Source: Octopus vulgaris
Lineage: Eukaryota
Length of the DNA: 64,000 nucleotides
Assembly (NCBI GenBank): GCA_951406725.2
Contig: OX597815.1
Location: 132,494,001-132,558,000 of the forward strand
Direction: 5' to 3'
The notes under the pieces were generated by a model that did no database searches, was not told the origin of the DNA, and saw nothing but the letters and a program-made list of their open reading frames with translations. Shown one piece after another: positions 1 to 12,700 of the stretch (positions are counted from its first letter, which is position 1; every line of letters begins with the position of its first letter). Made by a program: the position numbers and the translations under genes.

Positions 1-38
1 CCGTGATAGGTGAACCGTGATATTGTGAGTGATTACTT

Positions 39-103
<65 letters not shown>

Positions 104-2876
104 ATGCATTATGTATGCATGTATGTATATATAAAATCGAGACATTACACATATATTTCTGTTTGTGTTCGTATGCACGCATGTATGATGGCTCATGTGT
201 GTTGGTTCTTTGTCCTTGTTCTTTAGGAGTAAGGTAAAGAAAATTAAAGCTGGAGTTGAATGACCATACGAGTTGAAGTTAGATATTTCAGTACAATTTT
301 GAAAACAATTACATTTTCTCTCTTGAATAAGTGCTGAGTGTCATGTAAGTAAAATAGATGAACGTGTCTTTCTCTTTGAATATCAGCAAATTAATCATAA
401 GAAATAAGAAGTCTAATAAATTCTAAACTCTGTCAAATAGCAGTCAGTTTCAGACGACAGTCTGAGATAAGTTAGTTAGTGTAAGCAGTAGAAAGAACGA
501 GCAAGAACAACTGGTGTGAGATGGTAGTGTTAGAGACTAAGTCCAGTTCTTCGTGGAGAGAAAAAATTGTGATTATCAATGTAACCGCAAGAGCAGATTG
601 CATAAATGTTTACAGTATTTTGCACGTATAAAAATTTTCTCAATTGTTAAATGAATTTATACTGAACAAGAAAAATGTCAATGCTTAGCCGTGTAAGCAT
701 TTCTTACCGTATTTTAAGTTCCTTTATTTCTTTTTCTCAACCAACGAATGACAGTGTCACTAAAGACATTTCTAGGTCACTTATATAACATACATTTAAA
801 AAATGCTGTTTTCCAAAACGGTGAATATATACTAAAAGAAACGAACGTTTGTGTACAGTTTCCTAAATAATTACTTTGTAAAACAATAAGCTGGAAGAAA
901 CTGAGCGATAAAGTGATGAAACAGATACAGGAAATAAAAATACATACAAAGAGAAAAACTTGTATATTGAAAGTGTATATTCCTCCCGGTAAGAAGTGGT
1001 GGATCCAGCCATTATAAATAGACCAGTAGCCGGTCGTCAAGAGAGGGTCGGGAGGGAGTCGAAGAGTTGTGAGTCACAGTTCTAGGTGGTGTCTTGTGGA
1101 GCTATTGTCGAAGACAGAAATTAGTGTTTTACTATTCCGGTACGAAAAGTTACAACGGTATCCGATGACCAATAATTATTGTGGCTACTAGCGAAAAATA
1201 GCAACTACAGTACAAGAGCAGCCACACATCACAGCAGTTAGAGGAACTCACTTTACAACAAAAACAAAATTCATGTGAAATTTCACCTGCAAAATAACTG
1301 CAGTGTCAAACGCAGGAAACGTCTTTTGTTACGAGGAAATTAATATAAACGCGAGAACAGAATAAGAAACGATCGTTTAAGAAATCACATAAAACATAGT
1401 GCATTGCATGATGTACTGGCTAGGAGAATAATAGAATAATTGCCCAAAGAAGAAGTTTCATCACACGGAAACATAAATGAAAGAAACACTGAAACTGAGA
1501 AATTTGCAGAATGAAAAGACTTATCACCAGAAGAAAACGATGTAATATATGAAATATTTACTGTAGCACGATGGAACAAAATTATTGCAAGAAGAAATTG
1601 AGACTAGTGTAGGTTAGAAAGACTAATAATTGTAGACATTGGAACTGATCACACTTTACAGTACGATAAAGGTATAATTGAACAAAAGTAAAACAGTAAT
1701 GGATAAGGTCCACACCATTTGCGTTGGACAGCTTAACCTAGAATACCGGCGAAATGCAATGGTAAGGTTATGACACTCAAATTTTGGGAATCTGTTTCCT
1801 GTACACAGTACTAAATGCTGACTTAGAAGAATTTGTCTGGTTTTAGAATTTCGTGTTTGTTGCCTATGAATATCGAATCTGTTGATCAAGTTGAGTTTCA
1901 TTTGCATATGTAATCTTCTTTGAATTCATTATATATAACAGCTGTAATAAATACCTTGATAAATAGGTGAATTTGAATTTTGTTTTTATTTTTGTTTTTT
2001 GTGTGTTATTTTGCTTGCAGTTAAATTATGTCCTGATATAAATTTATATGTAGTATTCTTCTATAAGGTTTTGCAGTTTGGGCGAACACACTTTTGAATA
2101 TTAGTGTTGTCTTTTAGTGAGTAATTTGATCCTTGCCACTATATTTAGTGCCCTCTGCTTTTGTTTATCTTGTGTATTACGAGTGTGCTTTCATTCTTGT
2201 AGCCTACTTAAACGATATAACCTTTTGATGGATAATGCTGCTGATTTTAGATATAGAAATCTGCTGCGTTTATCAGAATATACCATCATGACTAACAAAT
2301 TTGTTGGTACGTTCATAGCATTGAAGCAGAAGACTTAATCTGCTAGAATGATATCTATCTCTCTATTGATATCTTACATGTGTATGTAAGTATATATGTG
2401 TTTATGTATATGTGCATGTATGCATATTTCCTATTCTATTATATTTATCACCTAAATAATTCACCCATGGGCTAAGAGATTGGTTTGACAGCACTTATCA
2501 AACCAAAGCCCAACTTACAAATCCTCTGAACATATAAAATGTAAGAAAGATCTTCTGGAAAAGCCCCTAGGAAAAGTATTAGTATGTAATACGTCAATAG
2601 AGAATATTTCAAATCAATCTTACTTGTATGCAAATGAAATGCATGGGGGAAAAACGTACAAATATTTAACAAATACAGATATAGTCTTTAAAGAAAGCAA
2701 GGAAAGCAAGAAGGAAAAAGAGAAGTAACAGAGTCAAAGGGGAGGAAAATATGAAGAAAGGGAAAATTATTGCAGTGTATCTGTGTGTATTGTTGTGGCA
2801 TTGTGCGAATTATGTAAACACACACACACTCACAAATATCAACACAAACACACGCTTGTATAAGCAATAAAAATAA

Positions 2877-2942
<66 letters not shown>

Positions 2943-3095
2943 GGTTCTCTACATGGATGTGAGTTTATGTGGGTATTGCTTGAAATATATGTATTCATAT
3001 AGCAATGTATCTATGTCTACATCTATCTATCAATCTATCTATCCATATCTCTCTCTGTATTTCTCCCTCTGTCTGTCTCTCCCTCCCTCTCTCTC

Positions 3096-3148
<53 letters not shown>

Positions 3149-3151
3149 TAC

Positions 3152-3185
<34 letters not shown>

Positions 3186-3249
3186 GAATGTTTTCTTCGA
3201 AATATATTTTGGAAGTATAAAGACTTGTATAAAACCTGCGTTAAACTCC

Positions 3250-3294
<45 letters not shown>

Positions 3295-3369
3295 TCGATT
3301 AAAGATTGGTCCAGGCTATGTCTAACGTAATAGAACCACCTGATAGGATTATCTAAATTCTTTCTCAGT

Positions 3370-3575
3370 CAAGTTTTGTTTATGGCCCATTCAAGTAGTC
3401 AGTTCTTGTTCAGTGAGTTATATCCAGGTATGAATGGCTTGTCTGGTATTCCTTGAAGAAATTTGTCTAGACTCTGTTTAAAGGTGATGGGATCCTTTTC
3501 CTCTTTGATCACTCTTGGGAGAATGTTAAACAGGGCAGAGCCTGCTGAAGAAAAGAAATTGTGTCGCAATGTGCC
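3370..3575 (-). pseudogene. CR1-like LINE ORF2 C-terminal fragment
   Basis: TLRHNFFSSAGSALFNILPRVIK...FKQSLDKFLQGIPDKPFIPGY. Confidence 0.7.
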
Positions 3576-3980
3576 TCTATGAATTTGTTATTATAGGTAG
3601 ATGTTAACTATAATATATAATTAATTTTTGCATCGTTCTGTTTATTGTACTAACAATATTATTTTTTATAACCTATTTTCAAATTTCTAATTATCAATTG
3701 ATAATTAAAAAAGTGAATTTTTTCAAAGTGCAAAACATATTTTAAGTTAAATTTATAACGAGTAATAACAAATAGAAATAATAACTTTTAATAAAAGCTG
3801 ATATTTTCTAAATGAAAATATTTTATTTCAAATTTAGCTGAAATATTTTATGTAAAACTTTGTCAGATTTAGTAACTTGTCCTGAACTTTTCCAAGTGTA
3901 ATCCAGGTTTATAATCTGAAGAATATTATTTCCCTTGCGCGCAATTTCCATGCTATATTATTATGATATATTATTATAGT

Positions 3981-4018
<38 letters not shown>

Positions 4019-4110
4019 GTATGTATGTAGTTATGCATGCATGTATGTGTTTATATGCATACAGAGATGAGAGAGCTATAAATAGATCATATGAATGTAT
4101 ATATATATAT

Positions 4111-4153
<43 letters not shown>

Positions 4154-4189
4154 TATATGTATGTATGCATGTATGTACGTATATGTGCA

Positions 4190-4830
4190 GATTTGTATGT
4201 TTTGTTTTATGTATGTATTCTTATGAAACTAGTTGCATATAGAGACATGCTTATATATATTCAAATGATAATCTTCTGCAAAGTTTTACAGATTTTTACA
4301 CTTCCTGTGATAGATTGGACCTGAAGTCTTCAAATTAGCTTTCTTCTTTTAGGTTTTTAGAAGCCTAATTTCTCAAGATTGGTATTTAGGCAGTGTATTA
4401 CATATCCCAGGGCTCCAATAATTACAATTATAAATCTGAACTTGTAATCTGGATAGAGCAACTGAAGATTTCTCAATAGTTCAGCGTAGGTATTCTCTTT
4501 TTCGCTGATCTTCAGTATTATATTAATATCGGCTGTGCAACTAATTTCCACTACTGTACACAGTTTCACTTTTCTATCCCAAATCATCATATCAGGTCTG
4601 TTGCGCTTATATTTTATTTAGGTCTTCACTGTGACATTACACCAGGACTCCTTTTTATTATGAGTGGCTATGGTTTCTATCATACTGCGGGTTCTTATTT
4701 TTTATACTCGGGGTTACCCTTCCGACAGATTGCATTATAAAGTGTCCTAGCCACAACATCATGCCTCATCAGTAGATAATACCATGATGACATTTTCAGA
4801 CAACTGCTTATGATGCGGGTGATATCTTCG
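4190..4830 (-). mobile_element. 5'-truncated R4-like LINE 3' end (RHD motif and restriction-like endonuclease) flanked by (TACA)n-type repeats
   Basis: EDITRIISSC..MRHDVVAR; NRPDMMIWD..VVEISC..EKENTYAEL..IIGALG; ORF ends ...GSVKICKT at ~4261. (tatg)n-like tracts lie on both sides. Confidence 0.85.
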
Positions 4831-5009
4831 CTGTATGTATGTATGCATGCATGTATGTATGTATGTATGTATGTATGTATATTTGTATGTATGTATGTAT
4901 GTATGTATGTATGTATGTATGTATATATGTATGTATGTATGTATGTATTATGTAAGTATGTATGTATGTATGTATGTATGCGTGTATGTATGTACATATT
5001 TATGCCCGA

Positions 5010-5282
5010 TCAAAGATGAAAATATGTTTGCTGTCCTACATGATGTATGATGTCCCATGCAGCAAATGTAATGAATCTTTCATGGGAAACAACATCACAA
5101 AATTTGACATACGTGTTAAAGTGCACTTCTTACTAATAACGTTTCCTTTAAAAACTCCCTAATGGGACACAACACCCAAGACTTCCAAGTTTCCATAGAA
5201 GCTACAGAAAGAAACACTGGGCAACTGAGAATAAAAGAAGTGATTTTTACTAACAAGTAGAGCTCACAAATTAATAATTGAT
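5010..5282 (+). pseudogene. Degenerate PLE GIY-YIG fragment
   Basis: MYDVPCSKCNESFMGNNITKFDIRVKVH...LRIKEVIF resembles the VY.IPC..C...YIG.T...L..R..EH...E..I pattern. Confidence 0.6.
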
Positions 5283-5403
5283 GTAGCTGATTAGTACTAT
5301 ATCAGCTCATTATATACATATATATAACACTGACATCTCAGTTTAACAACTATATTTACCAAATTACATACAAATATCTTGAAATAGGAAAGAGTAAATT
5401 TAT

Positions 5404-5940
5404 TCAGTAAAATCGCCATTGGCTTGAACCATGATCTCCAGACGGCTTCGGAATCTCCTGCAACTCTTCTGGGCGGTCTCCTTTGGTATTACAAGGAGTT
5501 TTCTTTTGTTTTTTTGCTCTCTCGCGCAACTGCGCCACGTACATAATAATAAAGGGGGTAGTAGTCTGGGGAGTTGGGGGGTGGGCAGATGTTCTCTTTG
5601 ATGGCTTGGGATAAAATTGGCCCTTTCTCATCTTGTATGAGGAATACCGAATGTCTTCATGCACTACCTGCCTGATAAATAACTCAGACACTCCTATATC
5701 CCTGGCGATAGACCTGATTGACTTGGAGGGATCGTTGCCAATCATGGTTGGATCTCACTAACAAATTCAGGAGTGCTTTTCTTATAACGATCAGCGTGAG
5801 TTTCCCGAATTGCCATATCTTCGTAATCAGCATTTGACTCGTTCAATTCTTTCCGAATCATCTGCATTGACCTCTGATTAACATGCAAATATTCTGAAAT
5901 GTTCCTATTGCAGCCTCCGACTCGAATGCCAAGCATGTCG
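5404..5940 (-). pseudogene. Tc1/mariner-superfamily (maT/DD37D-like) transposase remnant with an internal deletion
   Basis: DPSKSIRSIARDIGVSE..IRQVVHEDIRYSSYKMRKGQF, and in another frame PPNSPDYYPLYYYV and CRRFRSRLEIMVQANGDF. Confidence 0.8.
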
Positions 5941-6629
5941 TTTCCAAAAAATGAGTTTTGTAATATGCATTTTGTATATTTATCTGGAAGCCACGCTGTA
6001 GGATATAAATTATATGAAAAAGCATGGTCTGCTTAAATATATTTTTGAGTAACTTTCATCTTTTCGCGGGATTTCTTTTTCTTTTTCTTGCTTGCTTGGA
6101 TAAGATAATTCAAAAGTGATCTTTTCCACAAATTTACCTTATCAGTGGTAAAATGGTTCTAGTATGGTTTCTCGAGTATATGTAAATTCCATAAGAACAA
6201 CATTTGTCAAAATTCCAATGATATATATCTGATCATTTATAGAGATGACACGTTATTAACATTGGAGCAATATTCAGAAATATCAGTAACAGTGTAATAT
6301 AGATGTTTTCTCTTTATCCATCATCATTACTATTAAGAAAATAATAGTCAAGTGGTAAAATGATCATGAAGAAGCTTTCTTGTCACACACGAAAATAATC
6401 TAGCACACGTTGATGTCACCTTATATGGTATGTGAATAGTGTTAGACAGAAATACAACGATCATGGTAGCATTCATTTGCATTAGTTCTCCCTTGTATTA
6501 GCTGGGCACAGCATTTGTATGAGTGAACCATGTAATGTTCATAGTTTGTTTCATTTAGAGGGGTGATCATGCGCATTGCTTCCGTTTCTCTTTCCAATCT
6601 TTCCGACAAAATGTAGTTCTTCTGTTTCT

Positions 6630-7080
6630 CTTTCAAACATTTAGTTTTGGAGAGAATATTTTGATGAAATATAATTCCATTGCTCTTCGGAACTGTGGGG
6701 TCATCTCTTAAACATTTGTCAAAGGGAAAGATTTTGAACTTACCTTCACCGTAGATTATAGATGCTTTCTCAGAGCAATTCGTCTTGTCTTGTGTGTTGT
6801 CTGTGGATTCTTGTACGTTGGCAGAGGGAATTGTTTGTTTCGCCTGTGTAATTTTCCTTGCAGCTAGGGAAAGTAATGCAGCATATGAGACTCTGTGTCT
6901 TGCAGTTTATATCTGCATTTACTATGTGGGAACCATTTCCTAAACATTTGAAGTTGTTATTGTTACATGTTCCACATCTGCAACCTCCATATTCTTGTAC
7001 GGAGAATCCTGATACATTCTCTGTTGTGAATTTTACTCTTGTGAGGTTTTCTTTTAGATTTTTTAGTTATCGATCCAATA
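6630..7080 (-). pseudogene. Degenerate PLE Zn-linker and GIY-YIG fragment
   Basis: Manual translation gives NLKENLTRVKF...CRCGTC...NCKTQSLICCITFPSCKENYTGETNNSLCQRTRIHRQH...FKIFPF. Confidence 0.75.
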
Positions 7081-7647
7081 TGCACCAGGTATATATTGCA
7101 AGCAGGGGAGCGAACCCTTACCATCTTCTAGCAGACCACGAGATCATCAGGCCGAAAAAGTTTCGAGCTGTTTGTTCCCATCTTCACCAGTGAAAACCCG
7201 GCCACTAGACATAGCAGGATTTTTCTCTAGCTCGCAATACGTAGAAAACCAGACGACAATCAGTGATTTTGCAGCAATGGCTTTAGTTTAGTGTATAAGT
7301 TATTTTACATGTGGGCACTTGTGTATATGATGTAAATTGCATAGTGCTTTATAAATTACATAGTACATTTTACAAGCTAATACATACACACACACACACG
7401 TGTATATATATATATATAATTAGAAATGTTGCATTTCTAAATTCTCTCAGAGGGACTTATACAATAGTAGCACGATAAAGCGACGGTTTGCTGCCAAATT
7501 AATGTGGCAGTTCCAGCAAAGGGAAAAATGCTACTGCTATCTAGCCCCAGGGAACATCGTTTCCAGTTGGCTATGTGTCACAGGCGTACTGTGTCCTTAA
7601 GTTTTCAAATAGGGGAGATAAGCCCCGTAACCCAGCAAAGCCAGGAA

Positions 7648-7688
7648 CCAGAGACTAGTTTCAGAGTCATTACTCTTCATAAGTCTGG
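7648..7688 (-). ncRNA. Hammerhead ribozyme copy with a G5U core change (CUUAUGA)
   Basis: Reverse complement reads ccaga-CTTATGA-agag(taatga)ctct-GAA-actagt-C-tctgg. Confidence 0.7.
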
Positions 7689-7915
7689 AGTAGCTTGGCT
7701 TGCTAGCTGTTGATGCTTATTCAACTTTGAAAACTGGGGCTGCCACATTAAGTTGGCGCCAAACCATCACTTTATCGTGCTGATGCTGTATAAGTCTCTC
7801 TGAAAGATTTAGAAATGCAATGTTTCTAATTTTGTAATTCCATGAATTTATTTCACTTGAAATTTTATGTTTTCAAAGGTGAATAGGCATCGACAGCTAG
7901 AAAGCCAAGCTACTC

Positions 7916-7954
7916 CAGACTGATGAAGAGTAATGACCCTGAAACTAGTCTCTG
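7916..7954 (+). ncRNA. Minimal type I hammerhead ribozyme, canonical core
   Basis: caga-CTGATGA-agag(taatga)ccct-GAA-actagt-C-tctg: palindromic stem III, one mismatch in stem II, predicted cleavage after 7950. Confidence 0.85.
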
Positions 7955-8198
7955 AAAGCTAGCTTCCCTGAGTGGAAGTGCTTATCTCTCCTGTTTGAAA
8001 ACTTAAGAACACAGTACGCTTGTGTCACATAGACAACTGGAAACGGTATTTCCTGGGGCTAAATAGCAGTAGCATTCTTCTCGTTGCTGGGACTGCCACA
8101 TTAAGTTGGCAATAAACCATCATTTTATATATATATACGATGTATGTGTGTATGTGAGTGTCACATAAAGAAATGTGTCTATATATGCAAACAAATAA

Positions 8199-8430
8199 GG
8201 CGGCGAGCTGGCAGACACGTTAGCGCGCCGGACGGAATGCTTAGCGGTATTTCGTCTGTCGTTACGTTCTGAGTTCAAATTCCGCCGAGGTCGACTTTGC
8301 CTTTCATCCTTTCGGGGTCGATAAATAAAAGTACCAGATTCGCACTGGGGTCGATGTAATCGACTTAATCCCTTTGTCTGTCCTTGTTTGTCCTCTCTAT
8401 GTATAGCCCCTTGTGGGCAATAAAGAAATA
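8199..8430 (+). mobile_element. tRNA-derived SINE family A, well-preserved copy
   Basis: Head ggcggcgagctggcaga..cgttagc, B-box-like gagttcaaattcc, central gtcgactttgcctttcatcctttcggggtcgataaa (resembles the Nin/Deu-type conserved SINE domain), tail ...gggcaataaagaaata. More than 10 copies occur in the window. Confidence 0.9.
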
Positions 8431-8750
8431 TATATATGCAAACACACATACACACACGCACACTCATATATATATATGTATATATAATAACAAAATGATA
8501 AATAAAACATATGCATATATACATACATATATGTACGTACCTACATCTATATGTATATATACATGCATATATGTGTATAGGACACCAAAAAAACGTCGAA
8601 CACAATGAGAAACGAAAACATAAAAACAAAACAAAAAAACGGACATTTTTTTAAACAACGAAAAAACAGAGTACAAGACATACAACACAAGGAAAATTTC
8701 CCTTCTTCAGTCGCCTCTATTTCGAAGGTAAAGGCATATACACACACACA

Positions 8751-9118
8751 CCCTTATACATACTAATACATACACCAACCCTATACATACACACATCCAG
8801 ACCCCTCCTACGCACTAATAGGTGGTCATTCAACCCTATTATCTCCCCTTATTTCGCTCTCGCGTCTCATGTTTGATCTTTGACTTCTGGCCGAAATCAG
8901 ATCGCCATATTGATTCATTAGTTACTGCACGCATTTTTTTCTCTCCTTCTTTCTGTGTTTTTTTTCTCTCTGTGTATCTTTCTGTTGAAGAGCGTAGGCT
9001 CGAAACGTTAAAGACTTGTTTTATTTATATTTCCTGAGCGCCATACTAATACAATTGTTTGTTTGTTTTCCACCTGCCTTCGTCTTTTGTCTATTTTCAT
9101 AAAGCTTCCCGTTATATA
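8751..9118 (+). repeat. 5' pseudo-LTR of the PLE
   Basis: Direct copy of 13302-13680 with few substitutions. The 3' copy has a ~12-nt internal duplication. Confidence 0.95.
8977..9014 (+). ncRNA. Minimal type I hammerhead ribozyme, CUGUUGA core variant (5' pLTR)
   Basis: tcttt-CTGTTGA-a-gagc(gtag)gctc-GAA-acgt-T-aaaga: stems I and II pair, and stem III is the palindrome ACGU. Confidence 0.75.
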
Positions 9119-9746
9119 TTATGCGCTCACGTGGTCTCACTTTCATCCTATATTCTACCAATACCACTATCAACACTTACCTCTACCTTGGATTTTCTTT
9201 ACCTCTTGGATACTTACCATTGGCTGCACCTCTCTTTCGCGGATCAAAGTGACTTTGCATTGATGTGAAATCCTTAAAAGATATACCACGACGTCTACAC
9301 ATTTCTCACCTTGAACTTTCAACCTTGAACTTGTTCGCATAAACTGTCCCGTTTGTTGTATTTTTATTTTCTCTTTATTACCACCTTTTTTTTACATTCA
9401 TTTCATGCTTTCCACATTTTCCTGCATTTTTGTTCTCCTTTCCGTCTTTCTTCCCTCTCTGGATGTCCATACTCCGTTTCCTCTGCCTGCACCCCCTTTT
9501 TTTGCCTCCCCCTCTCTCTGCTTCCCTTCTTTCTTTCCCTTTTCCGTTTGCCCCGTCTTTTCTGCCCCTATCGCTTACTTATCTAGTTTTTTCATACGAT
9601 TATTATTTTTTTTATTTTTTTATTATCTTTTTGTTTTTTTGAACGTTTATTTTTTCCCCTTTTTTCTATTTTTTTCATACGATAATTTTTTGTTTTTTGT
9701 TTTTTTTTTGTTTTTTCGAACGTTTGTTTTTTTCCGCTATCCCATC

Positions 9747-12700
9747 ATGCCGGATCCTAGGTCCTACCTCCTCACCCTCCATCACCGTTTGAAGGATCAT
9801 CTCCATTCTCTTCCTGTATATTGCCTTCAGCCGTCCGTTAATCTCTCTCTACTTCTTTTTTAAAAAAACCGCTTCTCTAGCCATGTCTCTTTCCTAAGCC
9901 GCTACCTACATCACCGACTCATCCCTAAAGGTTTCCGCCTCCACTTCCACCCTGCTCTCCACTCGGATTCTTCCATCTTACCCATACTCCGCACCACATC
10001 TTACCGCCTTATGCGGGCCACCATTCGCTCCAATCTCTCTAAACTACATGCCATCAACCGCCTTCTTCCTCCTGCTTTCTCCACCTTCTTCTCCTCCCTG
10101 CCGCCTCTCTATGCTCCAAACACGCTACGCTTCATTATCCATTTGAATCAACTCTTCCATCAATTTCTTTCTGATACCAAACTTCGTAAACTCCAATCAC
10201 TCTTCCATTCCACCCTACCCGACGCCACTACCCCAACTCCTCCACCACCCTTCTCCCCTCCCGATAGGCTCCATCCACCCACACCTAACCCCACTGCCCC
10301 TCCCTACAACCCCTTCTCCCCTCCCGATAGGCTCCATCCACCTACACCTAACCCTACTGCCCCCCCAACCACCCCCCACACACCTCCCCAATCCCTCCCC
10401 CTCAGACCTCCACGAGACCTACCACCCCTCCTACTTCTATTCCACCCACCCCTTCTCCACTTCCGTCTGTTGTTACCATTCCCCCTGATCTTCCCCTCTC
10501 TGCGGCTGAACGCTCCGTCCTTGGTAGGGGTCTGCGTTTCATCCCCCTCACTCCATCCTGTAAGGAATTCCAGACGCGAGTTGATGTCCACAGCTTTGTG
10601 CGCCGTGTCCGGTTGGGTGCGCATTACCACGACTCGCCACCCACACCCAACGAAGAGGACTGCTTCACTGGCCTGGGCCGCCGACCATCCCCGTGGACGC
10701 CTGCCCCTGGCCAGTTCCTAGCAGTGGAATTTTTCGCGGGCGCTTGTCAGCGTGCATTGGAGCGGTTCAACTTCTCCAGGCGCCAACGCCGCCTCAACAT
10801 CTCCCCGGCTGAGCTCTTGGCTCTTCGTTCCCTCCAACGGCGCGCTGACATTATCATCAAACCGGCTGACAAGGGTGGAGCTGTAGTGGTGTGGCGCGCG
10901 GACCTCTATAGGGCCGAGGCTTTCCGCCAACTCAATGACACCTCCTTCTATTCCCCTCTGCCCTCTAACCCCACACGTAGCTACCAACAGACGGTATCCT
11001 CTACTGTCCACGACCTCATTTCGTCCTCCCGTCTCCCCCGCACCGCATCCAACCTAATTGTGCAAACCCCACGTACCTCCACCATTTACTTCCTCCCCAA
11101 AATCCACAAACCCAACAACCCTGGCCGCCCCATCGTCTCCGCCTGTAACTGCCCCACGGAGCTCATCTCTAAATACCTCGACCGTGTCCTTGCCCCCCTA
11201 GTGGCATCTCTTCCCTCCCACATCCACGATACCAACCATGCTCTCCGGCTTTTCAACTCTTTCTCCTTTCCTCCCGGCTCCTCCAAAATCCTTTTTACTA
11301 TGGACATCCAAAGCCTCTATACTGTTATCCCTCACCACGAAGGACTGCAGGCCCTTCGACACTTTCTTGACCTCCGCTCTAACCCTGTACATGACACCTC
11401 CACACTCATTCGTCTGGCCGAACTTGTCCTTACTCTGAACTGCTTCTCGTTCGCGGGCGAGTTCTACCATCAGGTCTTGGGAGTGGCCATGGGAACGCGA
11501 ATGGGCCCCAACTATGCGAACCTGTTCGTTGGCTATGTTGAGGCCCAAATATTCCCTAATTTCACTGGTCCCACTCCTGAACTATATGGTCGTTACATTG
11601 ACGACATTATCGGTGCCACCTCACTCGCCCGTGAACATCTAGATTCCTTCCTCTCTTTCGTCCAATCTTTCCATCCAGCCCTCCACTTCACTTCCACTAT
11701 CTCCAACACCTCTGTCTCCTTCCTCGACATTTCGGTTAGCATTCTTCACTCCACTCTTACCACCTCCATTCACTAAAAACACACAGACTCACACTCATAC
11801 CTCAACTTCTCTTCCTCCCACCCAGAACACACCAAGCTTTCCATCCCCTATTCCCAATTCCTCCGTCTACGTAGGCTCTGTAGTGACGACCATGACTTTG
11901 AGACTCAGTCTCAACGTATGGCTCACCACTTCACCCTACGTGGATACCCCCTCACCACTATCCACACCGCCCTTGCCAGAGCACGGTCCGTGGACCGTGT
12001 ATCTGCTCTCTCTCCCCGAACCCGCCCTGTAGTCTCCCGCCTCCCTTTTCCCCTCACTTACCACCCCACGACCCTACGTCTCCAACGCACCATTCTTCGA
12101 GCTTTCCGTCATCTCCAGTCCGACCCGTCCACTTCACACCTCTTCCCTAACCGACCCCTCCCCTCTTTCAAACGAGCCCACAACCTTCGAGACCTTTTGG
12201 TCCATAGCTCCTTCCCTGACCCTACCTCCCAACCCGGCTCGTTCCCCTGCTCCCGCCCACGTTGCCGCACTTGCCCTTACCTCTCCAACACCACCCGCCT
12301 CACTAGCACCCACCATCGACCCTATCCCATCATCCACTCCTTCACCTGCACCTCCAGCAATATTATCTATTGCGTCTCTTGCTCTCTCTGCAATTCCTTG
12401 TACATCGGACAAACGGGACGCCGCTTGGCTGACCGGTTCGCGGAACACCTTCGTGACATCCACCTTGCGAACGACACACCGGTCTCACGCCATTTCCGCT
12501 CCACCGGTCACTCCTTGCAACACCTATCTGTGTTCGGTTTGTCCTTACACAGAGGCCATCCGGATTCCCGTTTGCGCCGTGAACAGGAATTAATCTTCTC
12601 TCTTCGCTCTTATACGCCATTTGGTCTCAACTCTCCCCCTCCTCATCTAACCCCCCTCTCCCCCCTCCTCACCTATCCTTCCCCCCGACCCCTACTTCTT

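Larger units (their letters stand above)
7418..8125. mobile_element. Fold-back HHR-containing non-autonomous element (retrozyme-like or PLE pLTR-derived) flanked by (TA)n
   Basis: 7418-7510 is inverted at 7740-7831, and ~7484-7734 is inverted at 7869-8125. The motif ctgccacattaagttggc recurs at 7740 and 8093 (353-bp period). There is one HHR on each strand. Confidence 0.8.

Noticed and set aside
2469-2511. Hairpin ttggtttga/tcaaaccaa as a terminator or ribozyme
   Set aside because: No intact hammerhead core is present, and bacterial-type terminators are not relevant here.
11774-11776. In-frame stop in the PLE RT as programmed readthrough or selenocysteine
   Set aside because: The codon is TAA, not TGA, and it replaces a conserved Tyr (Y.K.TD). 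A simple nonsense mutation explains it.
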